A DNA stretch of 64,000 bases, taken from positions 101,809 to 165,808 of the forward strand of contig CANGYH010000003.1 of assembly GCA_947458545.1 (NCBI GenBank), in the 5' to 3' direction. The notes beneath the pieces were generated by a model, which ran no database searches, was not told where the DNA came from, and was given only the letters and a program-made list of their open reading frames with translations. Shown here piece after piece: positions 1 through 9,624 of the stretch. This DNA comes from Cytophagaceae bacterium (lineage in GTDB: Bacteria > Bacteroidota > Bacteroidia > Cytophagales > Flexibacteraceae). Position 1 is the first letter of the stretch; every line of letters starts with the position of its first letter. The position numbers and the translations under genes are program-made.

Positions 1-43
1 CAGCATTTATTTGGTTAATTTGGTGTATTAATAGGTAGTTTGG

Positions 44-79
44 ACAGGCACTTGCCGCTGGCATGTGCCTGTTTTTTTG
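44..79 (+). terminator. Terminator-like hairpin followed by a T-run
   Basis: Stem acaggcac (44-51) pairs with gtgcctgt (65-72) and is followed directly by a T7 run. It would terminate a + strand gene upstream of the window. Confidence 0.5.
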
Positions 80-89
80 TGCCTGGCCA

Positions 90-135
90 CAAATCAAAAG
101 CCCTCTGGTACATGTACCAGAGGGCTTTTGATTTG
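90..135. terminator. Perfect 46-bp palindrome, probable terminator of the 153..896 (-) gene
   Basis: caaatcaaaagccctctggtacatgtaccagagggcttttgatttg equals its own reverse complement. It lies 17 nt downstream of the minus-strand stop. Confidence 0.55.
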
Positions 136-152
136 TGGGGCGTTTCTGCCTT

Positions 153-896
153 TTAGAGGGTGTTGTCGTCGTTGCGCTGCTCGGCCAGGGCATATTGCTG
201 GTCTATGAGCGTTTGCAGGCCCTCTGGTTTGAGGGCGATCTCGCTCGCATCGCCAAAGGTTTGGGTGGCATGGTCAAACTTGCCGGCGCGGCGGTAGAGC
301 TCGGCAGCCAGGTAGAGGGCCTGGGCCTTGGCGCGTTGGCCTTGCTCGCTCTCGTCAAAGGGGCGCTCAATCAGCAGCTCGGCGGCGCGGGCCTGATACT
401 GCCTGCGCTCCTCTTGGCGAAACTCTTTGTCGCGCAGCAGGTAGCTGGCATACAGATAAAGGTCTGCCTGGGCCCAGGGATACTCGCCCAGCGCCACGTG
501 GATTTTGGCCGCCAGCAGGTTCTCTGCCACTTGGTCTATCTTGCCTTTGTGCTTGCGCACTATACGGCGCACGGCCTGCTTTTGGTAGTCTGTCAGCTCT
601 TCTTCAAAGTCTTGTTTGTAGCCACTGTAGTGGCAGCGGGGGCAGCTGTGCACCTGGTGCTCGTAGAACTTGCCCTCGCCGTTTTTTTGCATCAGGTCTT
701 TGGTGGTGCCAAAGTCTGTATAACTGTAGGTTACGGGGCTGGTAAACTGGTTGCCATCTACGGGGCAGGTAAACTGCACCTCGGCGGCTTTGTAGCCGGG
801 GGCATTGTGGCGGCCTTCGCGGCCGGTAAAGCTGAACAGGGCCAGGGCTGTGCAGGCCAGTGGGGCGGCAGCGCGTACAAGTAAGCGAGTCATCAT
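153..896 (-). CDS. Hypothetical exported protein, possibly DUF2225-like (Zn-ribbon plus TPR-like helical C-terminus)
   Basis: N-terminal signal-like segment MMTRLLVRAAAPLACTALALFSF. CPVDG...CPRCH cysteine pairs resemble a zinc ribbon, followed by a helical Ala/Leu-rich C-terminal half. Codon usage is host-like. The + strand ORF 135..884 is its antisense shadow. Confidence 0.6.
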   Translation of the reverse strand: MMTRLLVRAAAPLACTALALFSFTGREGRHNAPGYKAAEVQFTCPVDGNQFTSPVTYSYTDFGTTKDLMQKNGEGKFYEHQVHSCPRCHYSGYKQDFEEELTDYQKQAVRRIVRKHKGKIDQVAENLLAAKIHVALGEYPWAQADLYLYASYLLRDKEFRQEERRQYQARAAELLIERPFDESEQGQRAKAQALYLAAELYRRAGKFDHATQTFGDASEIALKPEGLQTLIDQQYALAEQRNDDNTL

Positions 897-1172
897 GCTT
901 GTGCGGGTGTTAGGGGTTGGCTAAAGTTTGGTACGATTGTCAGATGAGGCGGCCCTGCGCAGACAAGCGCGTCGGTACAAAGCCATGCTGGTTGAAAAAA
1001 GACTTGGGTTGCCGCGCCGGGCACGGGCCTAAGCCTGTGCCGTAGCAGACGATTCAAAATTGACCTGTCCGCCGAGCCAGGATGTCATCAAAACCAGGCA
1101 ATCTCTTACACAGGTACTTGCTACTACTGTTGCAACGTATAGTGTTGCGCAGTTTCCATGTAGCGGACGCAC

Positions 1173-2096
1173 TTAGGCCCAAGGCACAGCCGTTGGCTCG
1201 TAAACGATAGGTAAGGCTGCTGCTGCCTGCCAACCAAAATGGGCTGCAACCTGGCCTGGTGCGCATGGTTGGCCCGTGCCCAGGCCCAGGGTTGCGGCCA
1301 GCCAGCCTATCAAAACCTGCGGCTGCACGCCTGCCTGGCGCAAGGCGACCAAGCTTACGGCGCCGTCTCGCTTGCTGAGTTTCTGGCCGGCCTGGTTCAG
1401 CACAAGGCCCACATGCCCAAACACAGGCACGGGCCTGTCTAAGGCAGTGTAAAGCTGTATTTGCCGCGCGGTAGAGGGTAGCAGATCGGCCCCGCGCACC
1501 ACATGCGTAACGCCCTGTGCGGCATCGTCTGCTACTACGGCAAGCTGGTAGGCAAACAGGCCGTCTCGCCGGCGGAGCACAAAATCGCCCACGTCGGCGG
1601 CTACGTCTTGGGTTTGGGGGCCTTGGAGCAGGTCAGCAAAGGTTACCGTGCCGGGCTTTACCCAAAAGCGAATGGCGGCCTCGGGGTGGGCCGCCAGGGC
1701 TTTGGCCTCAAAGGGATGTGGTGGGCGTAAAGCTGCGGGGTAGGGGGGTACACCATCTGCCCCGTGCGGCGCGGTGGCGGCGCGGGCTACGTCTTGCCGG
1801 CTGTGGTAGCAGGCAAATACATGGCCGCCCTGAGCCAAACGATGCAATACCTCTGCATAATAGTCTGCCCGGGCCGACTGCCGCAGCACAGGCCCGTCCC
1901 AATCTAGCCCGAGCCAGGCCAGGTCTTCCATCTGCCGCTCGGCGGCACCGGGCACTACGCGGGGTGTATCCAGGTCTTCAATACGCAGCACTACGCGCCC
2001 GCCTGCCTGCCGGGCCGCTGCCCAGGCAGCCAAAAAGGCCCGGGCATGGCCCAGATGCAGGTCTCCGGAGGGGCTGGGGGCTAGGCGGGTGGTCAA
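1173..2096 (-). CDS. gluQ: tRNA glutamyl-Q(34) synthetase (GluQRS, truncated GluRS paralogue)
   Basis: Class I aaRS N-terminus PSPSGDLHLGHARAFLAAW (HIGH-type motif) and RIEDLD. The ~300 aa length lacks an anticodon-binding domain, and a KLSKRDG (KMSKS-like) motif is present. Confidence 0.8.
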   Translation of the reverse strand: MTTRLAPSPSGDLHLGHARAFLAAWAAARQAGGRVVLRIEDLDTPRVVPGAAERQMEDLAWLGLDWDGPVLRQSARADYYAEVLHRLAQGGHVFACYHSRQDVARAATAPHGADGVPPYPAALRPPHPFEAKALAAHPEAAIRFWVKPGTVTFADLLQGPQTQDVAADVGDFVLRRRDGLFAYQLAVVADDAAQGVTHVVRGADLLPSTARQIQLYTALDRPVPVFGHVGLVLNQAGQKLSKRDGAVSLVALRQAGVQPQVLIGWLAATLGLGTGQPCAPGQVAAHFGWQAAAALPIVYEPTAVPWA

Positions 2097-2118
2097 TGAT
2101 TTAGCTGGTACGATGTTT

Positions 2119-2155
2119 CAAAATCTAACAATTTGACACAAATTGTTAGATTTTG
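2119..2155. promoter_or_regulatory. Perfect 17-bp inverted repeat (3-nt spacer) in the gluQ/fic divergent intergenic region; candidate operator
   Basis: caaaatctaacaatttg-aca-caaattgttagattttg. The arms are exact reverse complements. It lies between two diverging start codons, so it is unlikely to be a terminator. Confidence 0.5.
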
Positions 2156-2195
2156 TCAGATGTTTTTTCTAACTTTGTGTACAAGATAGTTGCAC

Positions 2196-3506
2196 ATGAG
2201 TACTTTAGAGAAGCCCCCGGCCATAGGTACGGACTATGAAAGCATCTTTCAGATTGTGGTTTCTAATGGGCCATTACTGTCAGAGTTTTTTCAAGCCTAT
2301 CCCTATTGGGCAAAGCTAAAGCACAAGGCCAAGGCTATGGGCTTTGAGGCTCCACGCCTATGGACTGCTGTAAAGTATCATCGCGCCAGCCAGGCTTCGC
2401 GCCTGCACCTGCACGATGACTTTAGCTTCAACTTACCGGCTAGTCTTATGGAGGGCCTGCACAATCTTGATATGCATTGTGGGGGAAGCCTACAGTCTGA
2501 CCTCGGTCCGTTGCCAGAAAGAGTTAAGGATAGATTCATCATTAGCAGCTTGCTTACGGAGGCCTTCTCGTCTAGTACCCTGGAGGGTGCCGTCTCTACC
2601 CGAGACCGGGCCAAAGAGCTCATTCGGCAAGGGAAGAAGCCGCGCAACAAGAGCGAGCGGATGGTTGTGAACAACTACCTAGCTATGGAATTCTTACGTG
2701 AGCACCGCACTGCTGACCTGACTCTCCCGCTGCTAATGGAATTGCACTCCATACTTAGCAAAGATGCGCTAGATCAGGGAGAAGCAGGGCGGTTTCGTGA
2801 CGCAACGGAAGATGTACACATCTTTGATGATTTAAACGGTGAGTTAATTTATACTCCGCCAGCGGCAGCTCAAATAAGCGAAAGGATGAGCGAGCTAATA
2901 GTCTTCTTTAATCATCAGCAAAGTGGACTAAACGCAATGGCATCAGGCAGGGAGCAAGTGTTCATTCACCCAATTCTGAGGGCTACCATCGTGCATTTTA
3001 TGGTAGGCTACATCCACCCCTTCACTGACGGAAACGGGCGAATGGCGCGAGCACTGTTCTATTGGCACATGCTTCGCAACGGATATTGGCTGGCTGAATA
3101 CTTGTCTATTAGCCAAATAATATTAGAGAGTAGAAGTCAGTATTATCGGGCATTTTTAGAGGTAGAACAGGATGAGAATGACCTTACCTACTTCCTGCTT
3201 TATCACACCAAGGTACTTATCAGGGCCTTCGAAAGTCTCAAGGCATACCTAGATCGGAAGCTCCGACAACAGCATATCAACCACGTAGATGAGGCCAGGC
3301 GATTAGAAATCCTGCCCAGACAGGCCCAGCTATTAGAAGCCATACGCAAAAGCGCTACTATTTGGACCATTGCCCAAGCTCAGACATACCTCAACACATC
3401 TTACGGCACGGCCAGGGCAGACCTAATTGCCTTAGCTGATAGAAAACTTTTGGAATTATACCCGCTCAATAAAAAAACCCAAGGCTACCGCGCTATCCTT
3501 CATTAG
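2196..3506 (+). CDS. Fic family protein (AMPylase-type Fic domain with C-terminal winged-helix-like region)
   Basis: Canonical Fic motif HPFTDGNGRMARAL (HxFx[D/E]GNGRxxR). The ORF track starts at TTG 2190; the first ATG is at 2196. GC is visibly lower than in the flanks. Confidence 0.85.
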   Translation: MSTLEKPPAIGTDYESIFQIVVSNGPLLSEFFQAYPYWAKLKHKAKAMGFEAPRLWTAVKYHRASQASRLHLHDDFSFNLPASLMEGLHNLDMHCGGSLQSDLGPLPERVKDRFIISSLLTEAFSSSTLEGAVSTRDRAKELIRQGKKPRNKSERMVVNNYLAMEFLREHRTADLTLPLLMELHSILSKDALDQGEAGRFRDATEDVHIFDDLNGELIYTPPAAAQISERMSELIVFFNHQQSGLNAMASGREQVFIHPILRATIVHFMVGYIHPFTDGNGRMARALFYWHMLRNGYWLAEYLSISQIILESRSQYYRAFLEVEQDENDLTYFLLYHTKVLIRAFESLKAYLDRKLRQQHINHVDEARRLEILPRQAQLLEAIRKSATIWTIAQAQTYLNTSYGTARADLIALADRKLLELYPLNKKTQGYRAILH

Positions 3507-6500
3507 GCCGGCGCGCTGCCGTAGGCAGGGGCTGTGCCCCTGGCTGCTGGTTGGGTGGCAGGGGGTTGGCAGGCGCAGCAGGGGTAGCGCCTGGGCTCTG
3601 CACCGGGTTGGCCGGGGTGCTGGGGGCCGTCTCGGGCGCAGTGGGCAGGCCGGGGCGGAGGCGGGCGGCCCCGCCCCGGTAGAGCCAGGGCAGCAGCTCG
3701 CGCAAGGTGCTAAAGCTCTGCGTATGCAGTATGCTTACGCCCTGCGTGGTGATGGCGTACTGGTTGCCTAGGCCCAAACTGTTGTTGGCCAGCGTCTGGT
3801 TGGTGCGGTGGAAAGCCTTCAGCCGAAGTTTGCCGTCTCGCGTCAGGTAGTACTCCAGCGTCCAGTCTCCGGCCAGGCTGGTGGCCGTGGTCTGGCTTTG
3901 GGTATTGGTAAAGGTGCCGTTGCGCGTCAGCCGCAGGCGGCCATCCAGGGCCGTGTAGCTCAACCGTAGCTGAAAGTTGTTGAGCGCCTGCTGGGTAAAG
4001 CCGGCCAGGTCTATGCCTACCTCCAGGTTCTTGCTCACGTCTGAGAGCCAAGACGATAGTTGATTGCTGAGCAGCTCCGTCAGGTTGCCTACACCGCTGC
4101 CCGCCGAGGCAAAGGCATTGAGGCCAACTGGCGAGAAGCTTCGCAAGACAAGCAACGAGAAAACCTGCTTGTTGAGCTCTTGCTCGTTGGTTTGCACCAG
4201 GCTCTGCAACGAGGTAACGTAGCGCTGTAGGCTGCTTGGGTATTGCGGCGCAATATCCAGCCCCAGGCCGATGGTGGGCGTCAGCATGGGGCCTGTCAGC
4301 GTCAGGTTGACGGCAACCGGGTAGCGCCGGCGGGCTTCGGCGGCAATGAGGGCAGAGTCTGGCTGGTTAGATAGCTGGCCGATGAGCAGCGGCGAAAACG
4401 GCACCGATGCCGCATACCTGGCCTGGATGTCTAAGATGCCCTGGGCCGGATCTCCGCTCCAACTGATGGAGCTGCCGTCTAAGATGGCAAAGTTCTTGTC
4501 TATCACGTTGGCAAGGGTAAACTTGTAGGTGCCTGCCGTAAGCCCCAGCCTGCCAACCATGGTAAACTCGCCCCGCGTATCAATATTGAGCCTGATGCGC
4601 CCCTGGCCCTGGGCCGAAACGGCATCGCCGGTCTGCTTGTCGAATATGATCTCGCCGTTGGCATCGGGCGTAACCTCTATGTTGAACGTAAGCCGTATGC
4701 CGGTTGAGCGTACCCGGTCTCGGGCGGCATCGGCAGAGTCTGTCCGCACGCGGGCAAGGCTGTCGCGCCGTACGGCGTCTAACTGCGCAGAGTTTACAAA
4801 GGAGATGAAGCTACTCTGCCGTGTATTGGCCGCCAGGGCAGACTGCAGCGGCAAAAAGAGGCGTGTGCCGCGCTCGGTGCGCAGCGTGGCGCCAATGACG
4901 ATGTCGCCCACGGGCCCGCGGATGCTCATCTGGCCTGTGCCATAGGCCGAGCCGTAGTAGAGTTTGTTGTCCTTATAAGTGGTGCCCAGCAGTTGCAGGC
5001 CGTCCACGTCTCCGTTCAGATCTATGAACCAATCGGTAAAATAGTTGTGCCGTACCAGGGCCTTGGTGAGCGTGGCGCGGTGGCCTTGGGCATCGCGCAG
5101 CACGGCTCCGGTGGCAACAATCAAGCCCGGCTTAAAGAGCACAGAATCATCAAAGAAGTACCGCGTCTTGAGGTAGTCTATCGTCACGCCGCCCCGGCGG
5201 ATGTAGGTGCCGCCCGTCAGCACCGGCTTGGTAAAGCTGCCTGTAAGGGCCAGGTTGCCCGTGGCCTGGCCTTGCCAGTTGCTGGCCAGCCCCACAAACA
5301 GCGGCTCCAGGTAGGCAATGGGGGCTTTCTGCAGGGTAAAGTCCAGGGCTAGCTGGTTCTCTAGGGCGGCCGGGCGGATGTAGCCCCCGCCTTGTAGCAT
5401 GGTGCCGCTGTCTTTATCTACGCGCACCTGCAGGGCCAGGCTGGCATCTGCAGGTTGGGGCACCAGGCGGGCGTAGATGTCGCCCAGGCCCACGCCGTCT
5501 CGCTCAAAGTTTAAGATGCGCAGCTTGCCCGCCAGGGTAGAGCCTTTGGCCAGCAGACGGGTGCCCTCAATCCAGGCACTGGTTTTGCCCTTGTAGTGCC
5601 CGGCCACAAAGGCCCGCACAAACGCCGCCGAGAGCGAATCTACCGTCAGCCGCAGTGTGTCTTGGTCGGTGGGCCCTGCCAGGCCCTGCACCTGCACCTG
5701 CTGCCCTGCGGCGGCAAAGCTCAGCGAGTCTATCTGTAGGCGGATGCCGTCGTACACGAGCCTGTTTTGAGGCGATACGACCCAGTTGGTATCTAGCAGG
5801 CGGATCTTGCTGCGGAGAATACGCGCCTCCAACAGACCGGGTGCAAAGGCCAGGGTGCCGTCTAGGTCTACGTAGTTGCTGTCGTTGTCTTGGGCAATGG
5901 CGGCCGAATAGTTGATGGTGTTACCGTCCCAGACGCCGTCCAGGTTCAGGTCTTTGGTCAACAGGTTGCCAAAGCGCTGGCTCGAGCTGGTGACCGAGGC
6001 GGCCGCCAATACGTTGCGCCCATCTAGCGTCTTAGAGCTAGACAGGTCCACCTTTACGGCATCAAAAACGCTGTTGCCGTAGGCCAGGTAGTCGGCCTGC
6101 AGGTCGCCTTGCACCAGCAGGTTTGTTGTTTTGGCCAGGTCTAGCGTCAGCGTGGCGTGGCGGGCCACCTGTACCCCCGGCACATACAGGCGCAGCAGCG
6201 GCGTCAGGTTCTGGATGCTCAGGTTGAGCGATGCCTGGTACGGATCAGGCGTATAGACGGCCGTGCGATTGCGCATGGCCTTGCGGTTGTTAAAGAGGCG
6301 TCCATAGTCGTTTAGGGCAGCCTCCAGGTCTTGGGCGATGGCGCTAAAGGTAAAATCCCCGCGCAGCGTACCGTCCACATAATCGCTGGCCAGGCGGATA
6401 TAGCGGCCCTGGCTGTAGCTGTGCCGGGCCTCCAGCGCAAGGGCTGCAATGGGCAGTTGTTGTTTACCCACCGTCACCAGGGCGCTGTCAATCAGCAGCT

Positions 6501-8238
6501 GGCCTTCGGCATCGTCGAGGTTGCTGCCGCTGCCGACCAAATCAAGTTTTCCTGCCAGGCTGGCCTCGCGTTTGGCCCAGCCCAATGGGCGCAGGCGAGC
6601 CTTTTTCAAATCCAGGCCCAGGTCAAATACTTTGCGGGGCTTGCTCAGGTCTGCCAGGCCGTTTACCTCGGCCACCAGGTTAGAGTCTTGCACACGCAGG
6701 TATCCATCAAAAAGCTGGCGTTGCAGGGTTGCGTCGGCCGTCAGGTTGCGGTAGCGGTAGCCTTGCAGCTCCAGGGCATCAAAGTGGCCTGCCACGTCTA
6801 CGCGGGCGCTCTCCAGCGTAAATCCCTTCCCTTTGATGGAGCCCGTACCTGTGAGCCGGCCCAATAGCTTCTCTTGGCCCAGTAGTGTCCCCAGGGCCAG
6901 GTTGTCGGCCATAAAGGTGCCGCTGTAGGTAGAGCGGTTGTTGGGGTGCATGTGCAGCTCGGCGGCCGTCTTTAGGGTGCCGTTGCGGCCGTATAGGCCA
7001 CCGTCAACGGTAAAGGCTTGCACGGTGCCGTTAAAGCTGCCCACAACGTCTGTAGGGCCTAGGCGCTGCAGGTAGATATGGGCCGGTGCCGGGGTGTACT
7101 TGAGCAGGTCTTCTGGCTCTAGGTAGCTGGGTTGCAGGGCAATGTCCATACGGGTGGTATCCCATCCGGGCAGGCCTTGCATCCGCCCCCGGCCTATTAC
7201 CTGCGAGCCGCGCCCAAACTCGGCCTGTAGTTGGGTCACCGTAAAATCTGGTACACGGCCCCGCACCCGGGCATGGGCCACCCGTACCGAGTCTGGCATG
7301 CGGCGCAGCGTCGGGGCAAAGTAGGCCAGGTCTCGATAGTCTATCCGGCTGCCCTTTAGGCGGGCGCGGATGGTTACCTTCTCTACAAAGTCTGAGAGGT
7401 CTGCCTTGCTGGCGTAGCCAAACTGCACCGAGTCTGCCAGGTAGCTGTTGCCCACCCACAGGCGCATCGGAGCCAGGGTCATGTCTTGCCGCGTCATTCG
7501 GAAAAACCCCTGCAATTGGTGCAGCTTCCAGCCTGTGGCCGCGTCTTGCGCGCGGAGGCCCAGCAGGTCTAGCTCCAGTGTGTCGGCCCGGGTGCGGAAG
7601 TCGGCCAGCGTGCCCGTAAGCCCCTTCAGGTGGATGTGGCGGTAGTCGAAGAGGGTATCCGTTGCCAGGGGCGCAAACCGCTCGTCTTCGATAGAGAGCC
7701 TGAAGTTGGACACGCCCGCCTCGTAGATGTAGAAGTTGGGCGGGTTCTTGCTGCGCACCGTGCCGGGCGAGAGCCAGTTCTGCAGATTCTCTACAAACCG
7801 CGTGATGTTGACCTCGTGCCGCCGCCGAGAGTTGACGATGCGCACATGCCCATCTTGGGCCAGAATAGCATCCAAAGCTACCTCTCGGCGCAGCAGGCGG
7901 GCCAGGGCAAAGTCTATGGTGGCCTCGGGAATCTCGATCATACGCCTGCGCTCCTGGTCGTAGCAGACAAGGTTGTAGAGGCGGAGCTGGTCGTAGAAAT
8001 TCAGATCTACCCGGCCAATCTGCACGTCGAAACCGGTCTTCTCGTAGGCAAGGGCCGACAGACGCGCCACCACCCGGGTCTGCACGTAAGGCATCCTCAG
8101 GGCCAGAATCAATAGCAGCAGCACCCCCCAGAAGCCCACAAACAACCCCAACAACACCCGCACCCACAGCGCCCACCGCCGCCGTGGCGCAGCACCGCCA
8201 GCAGGCGTAGTAGGGGTAGGGGTAGGCTGCGTTTGCAT
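3493..8238 (-). CDS. tamB: Translocation and assembly module protein TamB-like (DUF490 family giant inner-membrane-anchored protein)
   Basis: 1581 aa with an N-terminal TM anchor WALWVRVLLGLFVGFWGVLLLLILAL. It has a long beta-rich body and a C-terminal region typical of TamB/DUF490, ending in a Pro-rich tail. Confidence 0.75.
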   Translation of the reverse strand: MQTQPTPTPTTPAGGAAPRRRWALWVRVLLGLFVGFWGVLLLLILALRMPYVQTRVVARLSALAYEKTGFDVQIGRVDLNFYDQLRLYNLVCYDQERRRMIEIPEATIDFALARLLRREVALDAILAQDGHVRIVNSRRRHEVNITRFVENLQNWLSPGTVRSKNPPNFYIYEAGVSNFRLSIEDERFAPLATDTLFDYRHIHLKGLTGTLADFRTRADTLELDLLGLRAQDAATGWKLHQLQGFFRMTRQDMTLAPMRLWVGNSYLADSVQFGYASKADLSDFVEKVTIRARLKGSRIDYRDLAYFAPTLRRMPDSVRVAHARVRGRVPDFTVTQLQAEFGRGSQVIGRGRMQGLPGWDTTRMDIALQPSYLEPEDLLKYTPAPAHIYLQRLGPTDVVGSFNGTVQAFTVDGGLYGRNGTLKTAAELHMHPNNRSTYSGTFMADNLALGTLLGQEKLLGRLTGTGSIKGKGFTLESARVDVAGHFDALELQGYRYRNLTADATLQRQLFDGYLRVQDSNLVAEVNGLADLSKPRKVFDLGLDLKKARLRPLGWAKREASLAGKLDLVGSGSNLDDAEGQLLIDSALVTVGKQQLPIAALALEARHSYSQGRYIRLASDYVDGTLRGDFTFSAIAQDLEAALNDYGRLFNNRKAMRNRTAVYTPDPYQASLNLSIQNLTPLLRLYVPGVQVARHATLTLDLAKTTNLLVQGDLQADYLAYGNSVFDAVKVDLSSSKTLDGRNVLAAASVTSSSQRFGNLLTKDLNLDGVWDGNTINYSAAIAQDNDSNYVDLDGTLAFAPGLLEARILRSKIRLLDTNWVVSPQNRLVYDGIRLQIDSLSFAAAGQQVQVQGLAGPTDQDTLRLTVDSLSAAFVRAFVAGHYKGKTSAWIEGTRLLAKGSTLAGKLRILNFERDGVGLGDIYARLVPQPADASLALQVRVDKDSGTMLQGGGYIRPAALENQLALDFTLQKAPIAYLEPLFVGLASNWQGQATGNLALTGSFTKPVLTGGTYIRRGGVTIDYLKTRYFFDDSVLFKPGLIVATGAVLRDAQGHRATLTKALVRHNYFTDWFIDLNGDVDGLQLLGTTYKDNKLYYGSAYGTGQMSIRGPVGDIVIGATLRTERGTRLFLPLQSALAANTRQSSFISFVNSAQLDAVRRDSLARVRTDSADAARDRVRSTGIRLTFNIEVTPDANGEIIFDKQTGDAVSAQGQGRIRLNIDTRGEFTMVGRLGLTAGTYKFTLANVIDKNFAILDGSSISWSGDPAQGILDIQARYAASVPFSPLLIGQLSNQPDSALIAAEARRRYPVAVNLTLTGPMLTPTIGLGLDIAPQYPSSLQRYVTSLQSLVQTNEQELNKQVFSLLVLRSFSPVGLNAFASAGSGVGNLTELLSNQLSSWLSDVSKNLEVGIDLAGFTQQALNNFQLRLSYTALDGRLRLTRNGTFTNTQSQTTATSLAGDWTLEYYLTRDGKLRLKAFHRTNQTLANNSLGLGNQYAITTQGVSILHTQSFSTLRELLPWLYRGGAARLRPGLPTAPETAPSTPANPVQSPGATPAAPANPLPPNQQPGAQPLPTAARRPNEG

Positions 8239-8437
8239 GGCAAAGCCCGCAAGCCGTGCCCGGCGGGCACACTGCGGCTAAGTTACAAACCCAAAAATGG
8301 GGGCTGAAAGTGCATTTGGGCTGAGTTGAGAAATTGAGTACCGCAGATGCTGTTGCAGGTATTCTGCCAGCGACGGCCTCTGTGTGGGGTGCCGCGGGTT
8401 ACAGCTCGCGCCACAATCCGCACCTGTACAACATTTC

Positions 8438-8501
8438 TTTAGACGCTTTCTAAACAAGAACCTGATTTGCTATGTTTGCATCACTTTAGAAACAATCTAA
8501 A
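8438..8501. promoter_or_regulatory. Two copies of the palindrome TTTAGA-N5-TCTAAA(CAAGA) upstream of the imelysin-like gene; candidate operator pair
   Basis: Copy 1 is at 8438-8454 (tttagacgctttctaaa) and copy 2 at 8485-8501 (tttagaaacaatctaaa). Both are followed by caaga. Copy 2 ends 22 nt before ATG 8524. Confidence 0.4.
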
Positions 8502-8523
8502 CAAGACTGCAAAACCAGATTCT

Positions 8524-9615
8524 ATGAGAGGCACTTTTTTCCGCCTAACCCTTCTGGCAGCCGGCCTGGCTGCGCTTTTGGCCTGCCAACCCGGCACCGA
8601 TAACGCCCAGCCCTCTTCCTTCGACCGCCGTGCCCTGCTGGCCCACGCGGCAGACCAGTACCTCATTCCCACGTTCGCGCGGTTCAAAACCAGTGCCCAG
8701 GCCCAGCAAGCCGCCGTGGCGGCGCTGGTGGCCCAGCCTACAGACTCGGCCCTGCGGGCGGCTCGGGCAGCCTTTAGGCTAGCCTTTCTGGATGCCCAGC
8801 GCACCCTCTGTGCAGACTTTGGCCCTGGCCGCATCGGCAACGACGAGTACCTGAGCGCCCACCTGCTGTCTTTCCCCGCCAACGAAGCGCAGATAGACCT
8901 GGCCATTGCCAACGGCGCCCCCCTCAACCCCAATAGCCCCCAGTACGACCGCCGGGGCTTTGCCGCGCTAGACTATCTCCTCTTTGCCGACAGCACCGGC
9001 ACGCTGCAGCGCTTTGTGGCCAACGGCAACCTGCGGACCTACACCCGCCAGGTGGCAGACGAGATTGCCGCCCGCGCCACTACCGCTGCCCAAGCCTGGC
9101 CTGCCTACCGCGCCACCTTCACCGCGTCTGACGGCATCGGGGCTGGTAGCCCCATGGGCGAGTACTACAATGCCTTCGTCTGGGGCTACGAGTGGAGTAA
9201 GAACTACAAGGTAGCCCTGCCTGCCGGCCGCGGCATGATTGCCAGCGACCCCAGCCCTTTACTGGCCGAGGCCCGGCATAGCGGTATGGGCCGTGCCGCC
9301 CTGCTGGCCTGCCTGGCGCTCTATAAGCAGATTTACACCGGCGACTTCGGCGACCAATCCGGCCCCGGTTGGGACGATTACCTGCAAACCGTGCCCGGCG
9401 GCAAAGAGCTGGTAGCCGCCACCCTGGCCCAGTATGCCGTGGTAGAGCGCGCCGCCGCCGCCCTGCCCCCTGGCCAAGACATTAGCCAGGTTGTAGCCTC
9501 GCCTGCCTTCCAGCAATTGAGTGTAGAGATGCAGCGGCACACCCGGCTTTTCAAGGCAGACATGAGCAGCCTGCTCGGCATCTCCATCACCTTCTACACC
9601 GGCGACGGCGACTAG
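8524..9615 (+). CDS. Imelysin-like (peptidase M75 family) lipoprotein
   Basis: Lipoprotein signal MRGTFFRLTLLAAGLAALLAC. The Ala-rich helical pattern FDRRALLAHAADQYLIPTFARF...AAFRLAFLDAQR...DFGPG resembles imelysin. ATG 8524 is preferred over the track start 8467, which would translate the operator-like palindromes. Confidence 0.55.
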   Translation: MRGTFFRLTLLAAGLAALLACQPGTDNAQPSSFDRRALLAHAADQYLIPTFARFKTSAQAQQAAVAALVAQPTDSALRAARAAFRLAFLDAQRTLCADFGPGRIGNDEYLSAHLLSFPANEAQIDLAIANGAPLNPNSPQYDRRGFAALDYLLFADSTGTLQRFVANGNLRTYTRQVADEIAARATTAAQAWPAYRATFTASDGIGAGSPMGEYYNAFVWGYEWSKNYKVALPAGRGMIASDPSPLLAEARHSGMGRAALLACLALYKQIYTGDFGDQSGPGWDDYLQTVPGGKELVAATLAQYAVVERAAAALPPGQDISQVVASPAFQQLSVEMQRHTRLFKADMSSLLGISITFYTGDGD

Positions 9616-9624
9616 GGCCTTTAA

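Noticed and set aside
135-884. 249-aa + strand ORF
   Set aside because: It is the antisense shadow of the 153..896 (-) gene. The translation is low-complexity and Ala/Gly/Leu/Val-rich, as expected from the wrong strand of high-GC coding DNA.
7031-8272. 413-aa minus-strand ORF overlapping the 5' part of tamB
   Set aside because: It is an alternative frame of tamB. The translation is Pro/Arg/Gly/Ala-rich, typical of an off-frame high-GC reading.
8288-8340. ggggctgaaagtgc... resembling the 5' end of tmRNA
   Set aside because: The intergenic space is only ~230 nt. There is no tRNA-like 3' end (no TpsiC-arm/CCA-type terminus) and no tag reading frame.
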